Of a DNA stretch of 49,982 nucleotides, positions 26,680 through 36,956 are shown in pieces. A model generated the notes under the pieces. The model was given only the letters and a program-made list of their open reading frames with translations. It was not told the origin of the DNA and made no database searches. Position numbers and translations under genes: made by a program. Source of the stretch: Acidimicrobiales bacterium (GTDB taxonomy: Bacteria; Actinomycetota; Acidimicrobiia; Acidimicrobiales; AC-14); assembly GCA_051003575.1 (NCBI GenBank), contig JBPCLE010000208.1, forward strand, positions 1 through 49,982, read 5' to 3'. Numbering within the stretch: the stretch's first letter is position 1; each line of letters opens with the position of its first letter.

Positions 26680-27560
26680 GCATCCTCGTCGACCAGTCGA
26701 CCCGTGTCCTGGTCCAGGGCCTGACCGGCAGCCAGGGCCGCTTCCACGGCCTGCGCAACCGGGAGTACGGCACCAATGTCGTCGCCGGCGTCACGCCGGG
26801 CAAGGGCGGGACCGACGTCGAGGGCATCCCCGTATTCGACACCGTGGCCGAGGCGGTGGCCGCCACCGGCGCCGAGGCCAGCCTGGTCTTCGTCCCCGCT
26901 CGGGGCGCGGCGGCGGCGGTGGTCGAGGCCGGCGAGGCCGGCGTCGCCCTGGTGGTTTGCATCACCGAGGGCATCCCGCTGCACGACGAGGCCCGGGCCT
27001 ACGCCCACCTCCGGCGGCACTGCCCGGGCACCCGCCTGCTTGGGCCCAACTGCCCCGGCGTGATCTCCCCGGGCCGGGCCAACCTCGGCATCACGCCCGG
27101 CTCCATCGCCCTGCCCGGCGGCCCCGTGGGCGTGGTCAGCCGCTCGGGCACGCTCACCTACCAGGCCCTCCACGAGCTGACCCGCAACGGGATCGGCCAG
27201 ACCACCTGCGTCGGCATCGGCGGCGACCCCGTTCCCGGCACCGGCTTCGTCGACTGCCTGCGGCTGTTCCAGGCCGATCCCGAGACCCGTGCGGTCGTCT
27301 TGATCGGTGAGATCGGCGGCTCCGACGAGGAGGCGGCGGCCGAGTTCATCCGCGACGGGATGGACAAGCCAGTGGTGGCCTACGTGGCCGGCGTCACCGC
27401 CCCGCCGGGCCGGCGCATGGGCCACGCCGGCGCCATCGTGTCGGGGGGCAAGGGCGGGGCCGACGCCAAGATCGCCGCCCTGGAGGCGGCCGGCGCCAGG
27501 GTGGTGCTCGATCCCACGCTGCTGGGCTCCCGGATGGTGGAGGTTCTCGCCGGCGCCTAG
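26676..27560 (+). CDS. sucD: Succinate--CoA ligase subunit alpha
   Basis: '[11 protein letters not shown]', 'GPNCPGVI', 'SRSGTLTY' and '[11 protein letters not shown]' (catalytic His loop). ATGA overlap with sucC. Confidence 0.96.
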   Translation: MSILVDQSTRVLVQGLTGSQGRFHGLRNREYGTNVVAGVTPGKGGTDVEGIPVFDTVAEAVAATGAEASLVFVPARGAAAAVVEAGEAGVALVVCITEGIPLHDEARAYAHLRRHCPGTRLLGPNCPGVISPGRANLGITPGSIALPGGPVGVVSRSGTLTYQALHELTRNGIGQTTCVGIGGDPVPGTGFVDCLRLFQADPETRAVVLIGEIGGSDEEAAAEFIRDGMDKPVVAYVAGVTAPPGRRMGHAGAIVSGGKGGADAKIAALEAAGARVVLDPTLLGSRMVEVLAGA

Positions 27561-27850
27561 CTCAGCTTGGCCAGCCGGTCCGGCAGCTCGTGGTGGTACT
27601 CGGGGTAGTAGCGGGAGATGATGGCCAGGGAGAACTCCGGCAGGATCGAAGTCGCCGGCTCCCGTTCCAAGAGGAAGGCGAACGACTCCCGGACGACCTC
27701 CTCGCAGTCCTCGTCGGCGAGGCCCCAGTCGGCGAGCAGCGTGGGGGGGACGATGACGCGGTGCGAGGTCGTGTCGCTCCCCGCGGTCACCTCGACCCCG
27801 AACTCGTTGGGGCCGGCCGGGGTGATCCGGATATCGCTCACGACCCCCAA
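27557..27850 (-). CDS. Hypothetical conserved-looking protein (97 aa)
   Basis: Balanced composition. TTG 27850 or GTG 27841 start. Converges on sucD with a 4-nt overlap. Confidence 0.55.
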   Translation of the reverse strand: MGVVSDIRITPAGPNEFGVEVTAGSDTTSHRVIVPPTLLADWGLADEDCEEVVRESFAFLLEREPATSILPEFSLAIISRYYPEYHHELPDRLAKLS

Positions 27851-27885
27851 GGTACCCCGTGGGCACCCGGGGGTATCGCTCAGGG

Positions 27886-29397
27886 ATGACCTGGTGGCAA
27901 TCAGCCGTGGTGTACCAAGTTTACCCGCGCTCGTTCCTCGACACCGACGGCGACGGCGTCGGCGATCTCGGTGGCGTCGGGTCCAAGCTCGCCTACCTGC
28001 GCTGGCTGGGTGTCGACGGTCTGTGGCTGTCGCCGATCTACCGGTCGCCGATGGCCGACTTCGGCTACGACGTCAGCGACCACTGCGCCATCGACCCCCT
28101 CTTCGGCGACCTCGCCGGCTTCGACCGCCTCTTGGCCGACGCCCACGCCGGCGGCCTCCGGGTCATGCTCGACTGGGTGCCGAACCACACCAGCGACCGC
28201 CACCCGTGGTTCGTGGAGTCCCGCGCGTCACGGGCGTCGCCCAAACGGGACTGGTACGTGTGGCGCGACGGCCACGGTCCGGGCACACCACCCAACAACT
28301 GGCTCGCCGCCTTCGGGGGCCGGGCATGGACCTGGCACGACGAGACGGCGCAGTGGTACCTCCATCTCTTCCTGCCCGAGCAGCCCGACCTGAACTGGGC
28401 CAACCCCGGCGTGGTCGACGCCATGCACGACGTCCTGCGCTTCTGGCTGGACCGAGGCGTCGATGGGTTCAGGGCCGACGTGGTCCACCTGATCGGCAAG
28501 GACCCGGCGCTTCCCGACCAGCCCCCCGAGCTGGCCGGCATGGACCTGGTCGGTGTCCACGACCACCCGGCGTCGCACCCGCTGCTGCGCTCCATCCGAT
28601 CCGTGCTCGACTCCTACCCCGGCGAGCGGGCCATGGTCGGGGAGGTGAACCTGGGCACGCCTGCCCTGCTCGCCCCGTACTACGGCGCCGGCGACGAGCT
28701 GCACATGGTGTTCAACTTCTCCCTGCTGTGGGCGCAGTGGGACGCCGGCGAGTGGGCCGAGCGCATCGCCGCCTCGGAGGCCGCCCTCACGCCGGCCGGC
28801 GCCTGGCCGGTGTGGGTGCTCTCCAACCACGACACGCCCCGCCACCACACCCGCCACGGCGGGCGTGAGGACCGGGCGCGGGTGGCGGCCGCCGTGCTGC
28901 TGACGCTACGCGGGACACCGTTCCTCTACGCCGGCGAGGAGCTGGGGCTGGAGGATGCCGTGGTGCCCGACGCGCAGAGGGTCGATCCCGGGGGCCGCGA
29001 CGGCTGCCGCTCCCCGATCCCGTGGGACGGCTCGCCCCGGCACGGGTGGGCCGGCGACCCGTGGCTGCCCTGGCCGCCCGAGACCGGCGACGCGGCCGCC
29101 CTCGCCGGCCACGAGGGCTCGATCCTGCACCTGTACCGCCGGCTCCTGGCCGCCCGCCGGGCGTCGCCGGCCCTCCACGCCGGCTCCTGGGAGCCGCTGC
29201 CGGCGCCGGCCGGCGTGTTGGCCTACGAGCGCCGGGCCGGCGACGACGTGCGCCAGGTGTGGGCCAACTTCGGCGACGAGCCCGTCAACTGCCCGATCGC
29301 CGGCGGCTGGTCCGTGGACGTGGCGACGGGCGACCGGCGCGCCTGGAGCGGGCGCCTCGGCGGCGCCGAGGCGATCATCCTCCGGCCGGCTGGGTAG
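27886..29397 (+). CDS. GH13 alpha-glucosidase / oligo-1,6-glucosidase family
   Basis: 'WWQSAVVYQVYPRSF.DTDGDGVGDL', 'DWVPNHTSDRHPWF', 'GFRADVVHL' and 'NHDTPR' are GH13 conserved regions I-IV. Confidence 0.9.
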   Translation: MTWWQSAVVYQVYPRSFLDTDGDGVGDLGGVGSKLAYLRWLGVDGLWLSPIYRSPMADFGYDVSDHCAIDPLFGDLAGFDRLLADAHAGGLRVMLDWVPNHTSDRHPWFVESRASRASPKRDWYVWRDGHGPGTPPNNWLAAFGGRAWTWHDETAQWYLHLFLPEQPDLNWANPGVVDAMHDVLRFWLDRGVDGFRADVVHLIGKDPALPDQPPELAGMDLVGVHDHPASHPLLRSIRSVLDSYPGERAMVGEVNLGTPALLAPYYGAGDELHMVFNFSLLWAQWDAGEWAERIAASEAALTPAGAWPVWVLSNHDTPRHHTRHGGREDRARVAAAVLLTLRGTPFLYAGEELGLEDAVVPDAQRVDPGGRDGCRSPIPWDGSPRHGWAGDPWLPWPPETGDAAALAGHEGSILHLYRRLLAARRASPALHAGSWEPLPAPAGVLAYERRAGDDVRQVWANFGDEPVNCPIAGGWSVDVATGDRRAWSGRLGGAEAIILRPAG

Positions 29398-29407
29398 GGA
29401 CGTCGGC

Positions 29408-31054
29408 ATGCACGAGCGCTGGTACAAGCAGGCTGTGATCTACTGCCTCGACGTCGAGACGTTCCAGGACTCCGACGGGGATGGCATCGGCGACTTCCCC
29501 GGCCTCACCAGCCGGTTGGACTACCTGGACCGCCTCGGCGCGACCTGCGTCTGGCTCAACCCCATCCACCCAGGGCCCAACCGCGACGACGGCTACGACG
29601 TCGCCGACTTCTACGCCGTCGATCCCCGCCTGGGCTCGCTGGGGGACTTCGCCGAGTTCGTGCACCAGGCGGGAAACCGCGGCCTGCGCGTGATTATCGA
29701 CCTCGTCGTGAACCACACATCCGACGAGCACCCCTGGTTCAAGGCCGCGTGCGCGGATCCGTCGTCGAGATACCGCGACTGGTATGTGTGGTCGAAGGAC
29801 GAGCCGACCGACCGCTTCCAGGGCATGGTGTTCCCCGGCGTCCAGCACGAGACCTGGACCTGGCAGGAAGAGGCCGGCGCCTGGTACTACCACCGGTTCT
29901 ACGAGCACCAGCCGGACCTGAACATGGCCAACCCCGAGGTCCGGGCCGAGGTGCGCAAGATCATGGCCTTCTGGCTCCAGCTCGGCGTCGCCGGCTTCCG
30001 GATGGACGCCGCCCCGTTCATCATCGAGCGCACCCGGCCCGACGAGCCGACGTCGCCAATGGAGTTCGACTTCCTGCGCGAGTTCCGGGAGCTGTTGTCG
30101 TGGCGCAAGGGCGATGCCGTGATCCTGGCCGAGGCCAACGCCGAGAAGGAGGAGCTCGTCGAGTACTTCGGGCCCGTAGGGGAGCGCCTGCCCATGCTCT
30201 TCAACTTCCTCGTCAACCAGCGCCAGTTCCTGGCCATGGCCCGGGGCGACGCTACGCCCATCGTCTCGGCGCTCGAGGCGGCGCCGAAGATCCCCGACTC
30301 CTGCCAGTGGGCGACCTTCCTCCGCAACCACGACGAGATCGACCTCGGCCGGCTCAGTGAGCGGGAGCGGGCGGAGTGCTTCGCCGCGTTCGGCCCCGAG
30401 GAGAGCATGCAGCTCTACGGCCGGGGCATCCGCCGGCGCCTGGCCCCGATGCTCGGCAACGACCGCCGGCGCATCGAGCAGGCCTACAGCATCCAGTTCA
30501 CCCTGCCCGGCACGCCGGTGCTGCGCTACGGCGAAGAGATCGGCATGGGCGACGACCTGTCGCTACCCGAGCGCGACGCCATCCGCACCCCGATGCAATG
30601 GACCGGCGGGCCCAACGGCGGGTTCTCCACCGCCAGGAGGAAGTCGGACCTGCACCGGCCGGTCATCAGCGGCGGCGACTTCGGGTACGAGACCGTCAAT
30701 GTCGAGGCTCAGCGGAACGACCCGGCGTCCCTCCTGCACAGGATCGAGCAGATGCTCCACACCCTGCGCGAGTGCCCGGAGTTCGGAATCGGCACGTGCA
30801 CGCGCGTCGACGCCGGCGACCGGGCGGTGCTCGCCCTGCACTACGAGGCTCCGGGAGGGGTGATGCTGGCCCTGCACAACCTCTCCGACAAGAAGCGCAC
30901 CGTCGACCTCGGCGAGCAGCCGGGCCAGGAGGGCGACCCCTTCGAGATGTTCGCCGACGGCCGTTACGACCGGGTCGGGCCCGAGCTCAAGGGCGTCGAG
31001 CTCGCCGGCTACGGCTACCGCTGGATCCGCCTTCGGGAGACGCCCGGGCGCTAA
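29408..31054 (+). CDS. GH13 trehalose-synthase-like (TreS / maltose alpha-D-glucosyltransferase family) enzyme
   Basis: 'WYKQAVIYCLDVETFQDSDGDGIGDFPGL', 'DLVVNHTSDEHPWF', 'GFRMDAAPF', 'FLRNHDEIDL' and 'IRRRLAPMLGNDRRRIE' closely parallel TreS. Confidence 0.8.
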   Translation: MHERWYKQAVIYCLDVETFQDSDGDGIGDFPGLTSRLDYLDRLGATCVWLNPIHPGPNRDDGYDVADFYAVDPRLGSLGDFAEFVHQAGNRGLRVIIDLVVNHTSDEHPWFKAACADPSSRYRDWYVWSKDEPTDRFQGMVFPGVQHETWTWQEEAGAWYYHRFYEHQPDLNMANPEVRAEVRKIMAFWLQLGVAGFRMDAAPFIIERTRPDEPTSPMEFDFLREFRELLSWRKGDAVILAEANAEKEELVEYFGPVGERLPMLFNFLVNQRQFLAMARGDATPIVSALEAAPKIPDSCQWATFLRNHDEIDLGRLSERERAECFAAFGPEESMQLYGRGIRRRLAPMLGNDRRRIEQAYSIQFTLPGTPVLRYGEEIGMGDDLSLPERDAIRTPMQWTGGPNGGFSTARRKSDLHRPVISGGDFGYETVNVEAQRNDPASLLHRIEQMLHTLRECPEFGIGTCTRVDAGDRAVLALHYEAPGGVMLALHNLSDKKRTVDLGEQPGQEGDPFEMFADGRYDRVGPELKGVELAGYGYRWIRLRETPGR

Positions 31055-32010
31055 CCCAGCTCGCTGAAGAACCGCCAGATGGTGCTCGTGGCGTCGAGGG
31101 CGCCGTTGGCGGTGCCCAGGCCGGCGGCGAACCAGATGTGGCCGGCGCCCTCCACGGTGACCAGACGCACCACCGCGCCGTCGCGGCACCCGGTCCACGA
31201 CTCGGTGGTGACCGGCCCGGCGGGTTGCGCCGGCGCCGGCGCGGGCATCGGCGAACCGCAGCCGGCGACCTCGGCCCAGCGGGCCACCATCGCCGGCGTG
31301 GCTGTGTACGGCGGTCCGCCCTGGGCCTCCTCCGCCGATGGCTGGCCCCCCAGGTAGGGCACGAGCTGGTCCTCGGTCCCGTGGATCTCGAGCACCGACA
31401 CCGGCCGCGACGGCTGGCAGTCGACGACGACCGCGCCGGCGACGGATCCCACGGCCTTCACCCGGTCGGCCCGCTCGCAGGCGAACCGGTAGGCCATCAT
31501 GGCCCCGTTCGACACGCCGGCCACGAACACCCGTGTGGCGTCGACGGGGTAGTCGGCCTGGAGCCGGTTGAGCACATCGGTCAGGAAGCCGACGTCGTCG
31601 AGGCCGCGCCGGGGTGCGTTGCCGCAGCACGTGCCGGCGTTCCAGGCTCTGCCGGCGCCTTCGGGGTACGCCGCGATGAACCCCCCGGCCACGGCTTCCC
31701 GGTCGAACAGCGTCGTCTTCACCATATCCTCGGCGGTGTTGTTGCCACCGTGGAGCACCATGACGAGCGGCGCCGGCCGCGACCGATCCAGCGTCGGCGG
31801 CACGTAGACGCGGTAGGACCGGTCCAAGCTGTCGACGGTGAGGCGGTGGAGCTGGACCGGCGCCGGCGGGGCCGAGGAGCTGTCACTACCGCCGCCGCAG
31901 GCCGCGGTCACGACCAGCACCACCAACGCGATCCCGCACCGCCGTCCGATGGCGCGAGCGTACCCGCCGGCGGTCAGACGAGCTGTGGCGGTCGCCCCGA
32001 GCGCACCCAC
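31051..32010 (-). CDS. PHB-depolymerase/LpqC-family esterase lipoprotein
   Basis: 'LVMVLHGGNNTAEDM', 'NAGTCCG' and 'VFVAGVSNGAMMAY' (GxSxG). Lipobox 'VVLVVTAACGG'. The start is uncertain: GTG 32010 or CTG 31977, and either overlaps the whiB 3' end. Confidence 0.8.
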   Translation of the reverse strand: MGALGATATARLTAGGYARAIGRRCGIALVVLVVTAACGGGSDSSSAPPAPVQLHRLTVDSLDRSYRVYVPPTLDRSRPAPLVMVLHGGNNTAEDMVKTTLFDREAVAGGFIAAYPEGAGRAWNAGTCCGNAPRRGLDDVGFLTDVLNRLQADYPVDATRVFVAGVSNGAMMAYRFACERADRVKAVGSVAGAVVVDCQPSRPVSVLEIHGTEDQLVPYLGGQPSAEEAQGGPPYTATPAMVARWAEVAGCGSPMPAPAPAQPAGPVTTESWTGCRDGAVVRLVTVEGAGHIWFAAGLGTANGALDATSTIWRFFSELG

Positions 32011-32261
32011 TTGCGGCGGATCGACCGACGTTCCTCCTCGGTCGTGCCGCCCCACACGCCCGTCATCTGGTTGGTCTCCAGGGCGTACTGGAGGCACAGC
32101 TCCCGGACCGGGCAGTCGAGGCACAACGCCTTGGCCATCTCGGCCTGGGCCAACGGCTTGCCCGAGCCGCCGAGTGGGAAGAAGAGGTCCGGGTCGCTGC
32201 CCAGGCACCGGGCCTGGCTCCGCCAGCTCTTGTCGTTCTCCGCCAAAGACTGCTCACCCAA
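31974..32261 (-). CDS. whiB: WhiB-family transcriptional regulator
   Basis: Four Cys in the pattern 'C-x22-C-x2-C-x5-C' (ARCLG...ALCLDCPVRELC) and the 'GVWGG' turn. Confidence 0.95.
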   Translation of the reverse strand: MGEQSLAENDKSWRSQARCLGSDPDLFFPLGGSGKPLAQAEMAKALCLDCPVRELCLQYALETNQMTGVWGGTTEEERRSIRRKWVRSGRPPQLV

Positions 32262-32397
32262 TGTGGCCCCCCGCCAGACGTGAGAGTGGATATCTGCCCG
32301 GGTATACCCATCTCACTGCACGTCAAAACAAGAACGAGAGCGCCACTTCCCCGCTGGAGGGCGTCATTGCGTCAGCCGTCCTAGGATCGGTCCCGCC

Positions 32398-32631
32398 GTG
32401 ACCGACCTCGCGCCCGAACTGCTCGCTCCCGACGTGACCGACCCCGCAGTCGACGACGGTGACGACGACGATCTCGCCCACTACGCCCGCAACGACGAGC
32501 TTGTCGCGGCGCGCAAGCAGGGGCGGGCGGTCAAGGCGCTGTGCGGCACGCTGTTCCATCCCCACGCCGATCCCAGCAAGCTGCCGGTGTGCGTGGTGTG
32601 CCAGGAGCTCGCCGCCTCGCACTCCCGCTGA
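32398..32631 (+). CDS. DUF3039-like small protein
   Basis: 'LAHY...KALCGTLFHP..DPSKLPVCVVC.EL' matches my recollection of the actinobacterial DUF3039 pattern. GTG start. Confidence 0.7.
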   Translation: MTDLAPELLAPDVTDPAVDDGDDDDLAHYARNDELVAARKQGRAVKALCGTLFHPHADPSKLPVCVVCQELAASHSR

Positions 32632-32634
32632 GGC

Positions 32635-33045
32635 TCAGCGGCCGGCGTGCTCCTTGGTGAGCGCGAGCCCGCCGTAGGCCAGCACCGCGGCGAGGGGGAT
32701 GCCGAGGTAGGCCCCCACCGACAGGAAGTCGGTGGTGCTGGCCAGCTTCCACGCCAGCAACGCCAGCACCGCGAACCCCGCCGGCGCCTGCAGCTTGACG
32801 AGGGTGGGGTTGACCTTCTGGTTGCTGTACTTCGTGAGCAGCACCTGGGCGACCATGGCGACGGTCACCAGGAACGCCAGCGTGCCCTGGAGCTGGTTCG
32901 GCTGTTGCAGCCCCGTGAGGGTGGGGTCGCCACCGAGGAACCCGAGCATCTCCAAACGGTGCCAGGGAAAGAAGGCCAGGCTGACGAGGAGGAGGCCCCC
33001 GGTCACCACCACGAACCGTTCCCCTCGACTGAGCCTCGCGAGCAC
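32635..33045 (-). CDS. Hypothetical membrane protein (~136 aa)
   Basis: Four hydrophobic helices. Start inferred at GTG 33045, because the longer track ORF would overlap purN. Confidence 0.55.
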   Translation of the reverse strand: MLARLSRGERFVVVTGGLLLVSLAFFPWHRLEMLGFLGGDPTLTGLQQPNQLQGTLAFLVTVAMVAQVLLTKYSNQKVNPTLVKLQAPAGFAVLALLAWKLASTTDFLSVGAYLGIPLAAVLAYGGLALTKEHAGR

Positions 33046-33101
33046 TTTCTCCCTTTCGTGAAGTCGCCCAACGATGCCATGAAAGGGCGGTACGGTGCCG
33101 T

Positions 33102-33656
33102 GTGATGCGCATCGGCGTCCTCGCTTCGAGCGGCGGGACCAACCTGCAGGCCATCCTCCGCGCCGGGTTGCCGGTGGTGGCGGTTGTGGTCGACCGCCCG
33201 TGCGGCGCGACATCGGTGGCCGAGGCCGCCGGGGTGCCGGCCGAGCTCGTCCGCCGGGAGTCCTTCGGGCCCGACTTCGACCGGGGCGCGTATACCGAGC
33301 AGGTGGTCGAGGCCCTGGAGCGCCACCGCGTCGAGCTCGTCGTCATGGCCGGGTTCGGCACCGTGCTCGACAAGCAGATCCACGACGCGTACCCGATGCG
33401 CGTCCTCAACACCCACCCGGCCCTGCTTCCCGCCTTTCCCGGCTGGCACGCGGTGGAGGAGGCGCTGGCCTACGGCGTGAAGGTGACGGGCTGTACCGTC
33501 CACCTGGCCACCCTGGAAGTCGACAGCGGGCCGATCCTGGCCCAGGAGGCGGTGCCCGTCCTCGACGGCGACACCCCCGAGACCCTGCACGAACGCATCA
33601 AGGAAGTGGAGCACCGCTTGTACCCCGAGACCATCCGTTGGTTCATCTCCCGGTGA
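33102..33656 (+). CDS. purN: Phosphoribosylglycinamide formyltransferase
   Basis: 'IGVLASSGGTNLQAI', 'VLNTHPALLPAFPG' and 'GCTVHLATLEVDSGPIL'. Confidence 0.95.
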   Translation: MMRIGVLASSGGTNLQAILRAGLPVVAVVVDRPCGATSVAEAAGVPAELVRRESFGPDFDRGAYTEQVVEALERHRVELVVMAGFGTVLDKQIHDAYPMRVLNTHPALLPAFPGWHAVEEALAYGVKVTGCTVHLATLEVDSGPILAQEAVPVLDGDTPETLHERIKEVEHRLYPETIRWFISR

Positions 33657-35179
33657 GGGCGCTGCTCTCCGTCTACGACAAGACCGGCCTCGTCGAGCTC
33701 GCCCGCGGCCTGTCGCGCCTCGGCTGGGAGCTGGTATCCAGCGGCGGTACCGCCGCCGCGCTCTCCGAGGCCGGGATCGCCTGCACGCCCGTCGAGGCGG
33801 TGACGGGCAGCCCCGAGATGCTCGGCGGGCGGGTCAAGACGCTGCATCCCGCCATCCACGGTGGCATCCTCGCCGACCGCGACCGGCCCGAGCACCTCGC
33901 CGACCTGCTGGCCCAGAACATCGCCGCCATCGGGCTGGTGGTGTGCAATCTGTACCCGTTCCGCTCCGACCCGTCGGTGGAGATGATCGACATCGGCGGG
34001 CCCACCATGGTGCGGGCCGCGGCCAAGAACCACGCCCACGTGGGCGTGGTGGTCGATCCGTCCGAATACCCGGCAGTCGTCGAGGAGCTGGCCCGCGACG
34101 GCCTGCTCAGCCCCGAGACCCGCCGGCGGCTGGCCCGCGCCGCCTTCGCCCACACCGCGGCCTACGACGCGGCCATCGTGACGTGGTTCGACGGGGAGGC
34201 CGGCGCCTACGCGCTCCCGGCCACGCTCGGCCTGCGTCTCGAGCGAGTGTCGCAGCCCTTGCGCTACGGCGAGAACCCGCACCAGCAGGGGGCGCGCTAC
34301 CGCCGGCTGGGGGCCCACAGCTGGTGGGACGACGTGATCCAGCACGCCGGCCTGCCGCTGTCGTACCTCAACCTGTTCGACGCCGCCGCCGCGTGGCAGC
34401 TCGTCCACGAGCTGGGCAAGAGCGGGGAGCACGGCCCGTGCCCGGCGGTCGCCATCATCAAGCACGCCAACCCTTGCGGCGCCGCGGTGGCCGGCGACCT
34501 GGCCACGGCCTACCGGCTGGCGTATGAGGCCGACGAGAAGTCGGCGTTCGGGGGCATCGTGGCCCTGAACCGCCCGGTCGACGATGCCACCGTGGCGCAC
34601 ATGGTGGCCGCAGCCCAGGCCGACGTCGTCATCGCGCCGGGCTACATGTCCACGACGCTCGACGCGCTGGTCGCCAAACGCAAGAACACCCGCCTGCTCC
34701 AGGCACCGCCGCCCGGCGACGAGGAGCTGCACGTCCGCCAGATCAGCGGCGGGTTCCTCGTGCAGCAGCCGTACCGCTTCGCGGCCGCCCGCGACACGTG
34801 GCGGGTCGTGACCAAGGTGGCGCCGACGGCCGCGCAGTGGGCCGACGCCGAGCTGGCCTGGAAGCTCGCCGGCTACACCAAGTCGAACGCGGTGGTCCTC
34901 GTGGCCGGCGGCCAGGCCGTAGGTATCGGCGCCGGCCAGCAGAGCCGGGTCGACGCAGGGGAGATCGCAGCCCGCAAGGCCGCCGGTCGGGCCAAGGGCG
35001 GCGCGTGCGCCACCGACGCCTTCTACCCCTTCCGCGACGGCCTCGATGTTGCCGCGGCGGCCGGCGTGGCCGTCGTGGTCCAGCCCGGGGGGTCGGTGCG
35101 CGACAAGGAGCTGATCGCTGCCGCCGACGAACAGGGCCTGGCCATGGTGCTCACCGGCGAGCGGCAGTTCAGGCACTGA
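33653..35179 (+). CDS. purH: Bifunctional AICAR transformylase / IMP cyclohydrolase
   Basis: '[16 protein letters not shown]', '[15 protein letters not shown]' and '[10 protein letters not shown]'. GTGA overlap with purN. Confidence 0.96.
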   Translation: MRALLSVYDKTGLVELARGLSRLGWELVSSGGTAAALSEAGIACTPVEAVTGSPEMLGGRVKTLHPAIHGGILADRDRPEHLADLLAQNIAAIGLVVCNLYPFRSDPSVEMIDIGGPTMVRAAAKNHAHVGVVVDPSEYPAVVEELARDGLLSPETRRRLARAAFAHTAAYDAAIVTWFDGEAGAYALPATLGLRLERVSQPLRYGENPHQQGARYRRLGAHSWWDDVIQHAGLPLSYLNLFDAAAAWQLVHELGKSGEHGPCPAVAIIKHANPCGAAVAGDLATAYRLAYEADEKSAFGGIVALNRPVDDATVAHMVAAAQADVVIAPGYMSTTLDALVAKRKNTRLLQAPPPGDEELHVRQISGGFLVQQPYRFAAARDTWRVVTKVAPTAAQWADAELAWKLAGYTKSNAVVLVAGGQAVGIGAGQQSRVDAGEIAARKAAGRAKGGACATDAFYPFRDGLDVAAAAGVAVVVQPGGSVRDKELIAAADEQGLAMVLTGERQFRH

Positions 35180-36045
35180 TGGCCGCGGTCGTCATGCACG
35201 GGGCGCCCGTCGCGGAAGCAGTCCTGGCCGGCGTGGCCGGCGGCGTGGCCACCCTGGCCGGCGCGGGCCGCACCGTCGGGCTGGGCACGATCCTCGTGGG
35301 TGAAGACCCGGCTAGCGCCGGCTACATCCGCAAGAAGCACGAGGCGTGCGAGGCAATGGGCATCCGCTCCGCCCATCGCCAGCTCGAGGCCGACGCGCCC
35401 CTGGCGGAGATTCTCGACGCGGTCCGGTCGTTCAACGAGGACCCCGCGGTCGATGCCTTCCTGATCCAGAACCCGTTCCCCGGTGGACAGGACTACAACG
35501 CGGCCATCGCCGCCGTCGACCCGGCCAAGGACGCCGACGGGCTGCACCCCACCAACCTGGGTCTGCTCGCCCTGGGGGTCGACGACGCCCCGCTGGCGTG
35601 TACGCCGGCGGGAATCATGGCCATGCTCGCCCACTACGAGGTGCCGGTGGAGGGCCGCAACGTGGTGATCGTGGGGCGGGGGCCGACGATCGGCCGGCCG
35701 TTGTCGCTCCTGCTCTCCCAGAAGCGCAGGGGGGCGAACGCGGCGGTGACCGTTGTCCACACCGGCGTGGCGAACTGGGCCGACTACACCCGCGCCGCCG
35801 ACATCGTGGTGGGCGGCGCCGGCGTGGGGAACATGATCGGCCCCGACGACGTGCGGGCCGGCGCCGCAGTGGTGGGGGCGGGGCTGACGTGGGAGGGCAA
35901 GCGCGTCATCTCCGACGTCGATGAGAGGGTCGGCGAGGTCGCCGGCTGGGTCACGCCCCGACGCGGCGGCGTGGGTGTCACCACCGTCGCTCAACTGCTG
36001 GCGAACGCCGTGCGTGCAGCGCAGCGCCGCGCCGCGGCAAGCTAG
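35179..36045 (+). CDS. folD: Bifunctional methylene-THF dehydrogenase/cyclohydrolase
   Basis: '[24 protein letters not shown]', '[12 protein letters not shown]', '[14 protein letters not shown]' and 'GGVGVTTVA'. TGATG overlap with purH. Confidence 0.95.
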   Translation: MAAVVMHGAPVAEAVLAGVAGGVATLAGAGRTVGLGTILVGEDPASAGYIRKKHEACEAMGIRSAHRQLEADAPLAEILDAVRSFNEDPAVDAFLIQNPFPGGQDYNAAIAAVDPAKDADGLHPTNLGLLALGVDDAPLACTPAGIMAMLAHYEVPVEGRNVVIVGRGPTIGRPLSLLLSQKRRGANAAVTVVHTGVANWADYTRAADIVVGGAGVGNMIGPDDVRAGAAVVGAGLTWEGKRVISDVDERVGEVAGWVTPRRGGVGVTTVAQLLANAVRAAQRRAAAS

Positions 36046-36053
36046 TCACTCAC

Positions 36054-36929
36054 ATGGCCCAGATCATCCAGCTCATCGACGAGGGGACGACGTTCTCCTT
36101 CGAGTTCTTCCCGCCCAAGAACGACGTGGAGCAGGCCACGCTCGTGCGCACGCTGCGCGAGCTGGAGCCGCTCCACCCGGCGTTCGTGTCGGTCACCTAC
36201 CGGGGCGGGCGGGTCTCCCGCGAGCGCACCCACGACCTCGTCGCCGGCATGATCCGGACCACCACGCTCAACCCCATGGCCCACCTCACCTGCGTGGTCC
36301 ACAGCCGGCTGGAGCTGGCCGAGATTCTTGTGGAGCTGCGCAAGGCCGGCGTCGACAACGTGCTCGCCCTCGGCGGCGATGCCCCGCCCGATGCCAAGGA
36401 GCTGGGCCACGCCGAGCTGACCCACGCCATCGACCTGGTCGACCTGGCCCGCGCTATCGGCGGCTTCTCCATCGGCGTGGCGGCCCACCCCGAGCTGCAC
36501 CCCAGCTCGGGCGGCGACCGCGACCTGGACCGCCGGCACCTGGTCGCCAAGATGCAGCTGGCCGACTTCGCCATCACCCAGTTCTTCTTCCGGACCAGCG
36601 ACTACCTCAGCCTGGTCGACGACCTGTCGCATCGGGGCATGAACAAGCCGGTGATCGCCGGCATCATGCCCATCACCAGCCTCTCGGGCGTGAAGCGCAT
36701 GGCCGAGCTGTCGGGGTGCGAGGTGCCCGCAGAGGTGGTCGCCCGCGTGGAAGCGGTGGCCGATAACCCCGAGGACGTGCGTCGGGTGGGCGTGGAGCTG
36801 GCCACCGAGCTGTGCCGCGACCTGCTCGACAACGGCGTGCCCGGCCTGCACTTCTACACGCTCAACCGGTCGACCGCGACCCGGGAGATCTACGCCAACC
36901 TCGGGCTGGTGCCGAGCTCTCAGGGCTGA
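36054..36929 (+). CDS. metF: Methylenetetrahydrofolate reductase
   Basis: 'FSFEFFPPK', 'FVSVTY', 'HLTCV' and 'GLHFYTLN'. Confidence 0.93.
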   Translation: MAQIIQLIDEGTTFSFEFFPPKNDVEQATLVRTLRELEPLHPAFVSVTYRGGRVSRERTHDLVAGMIRTTTLNPMAHLTCVVHSRLELAEILVELRKAGVDNVLALGGDAPPDAKELGHAELTHAIDLVDLARAIGGFSIGVAAHPELHPSSGGDRDLDRRHLVAKMQLADFAITQFFFRTSDYLSLVDDLSHRGMNKPVIAGIMPITSLSGVKRMAELSGCEVPAEVVARVEAVADNPEDVRRVGVELATELCRDLLDNGVPGLHFYTLNRSTATREIYANLGLVPSSQG

Positions 36930-36956
36930 GCGCGCCCAACGGTGACGGCGTCGCCG

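Noticed and set aside
30376-32283. 635-aa plus-strand ORF overlapping the TreS-like, esterase and whiB genes
   Set aside because: It is an off-frame or antisense high-GC artefact. The overlapped genes have diagnostic motifs: GH13 regions, GxSxG, and the WhiB Cys cluster.
33046-33101. Possible ZTP (pfl) riboswitch upstream of purN-purH-folD
   Set aside because: Only about 56 nt of intergenic DNA are available, and I did not see the conserved ZTP pseudoknot or 'CCGGGCG...GCCGCCUGGGCA'-type elements.
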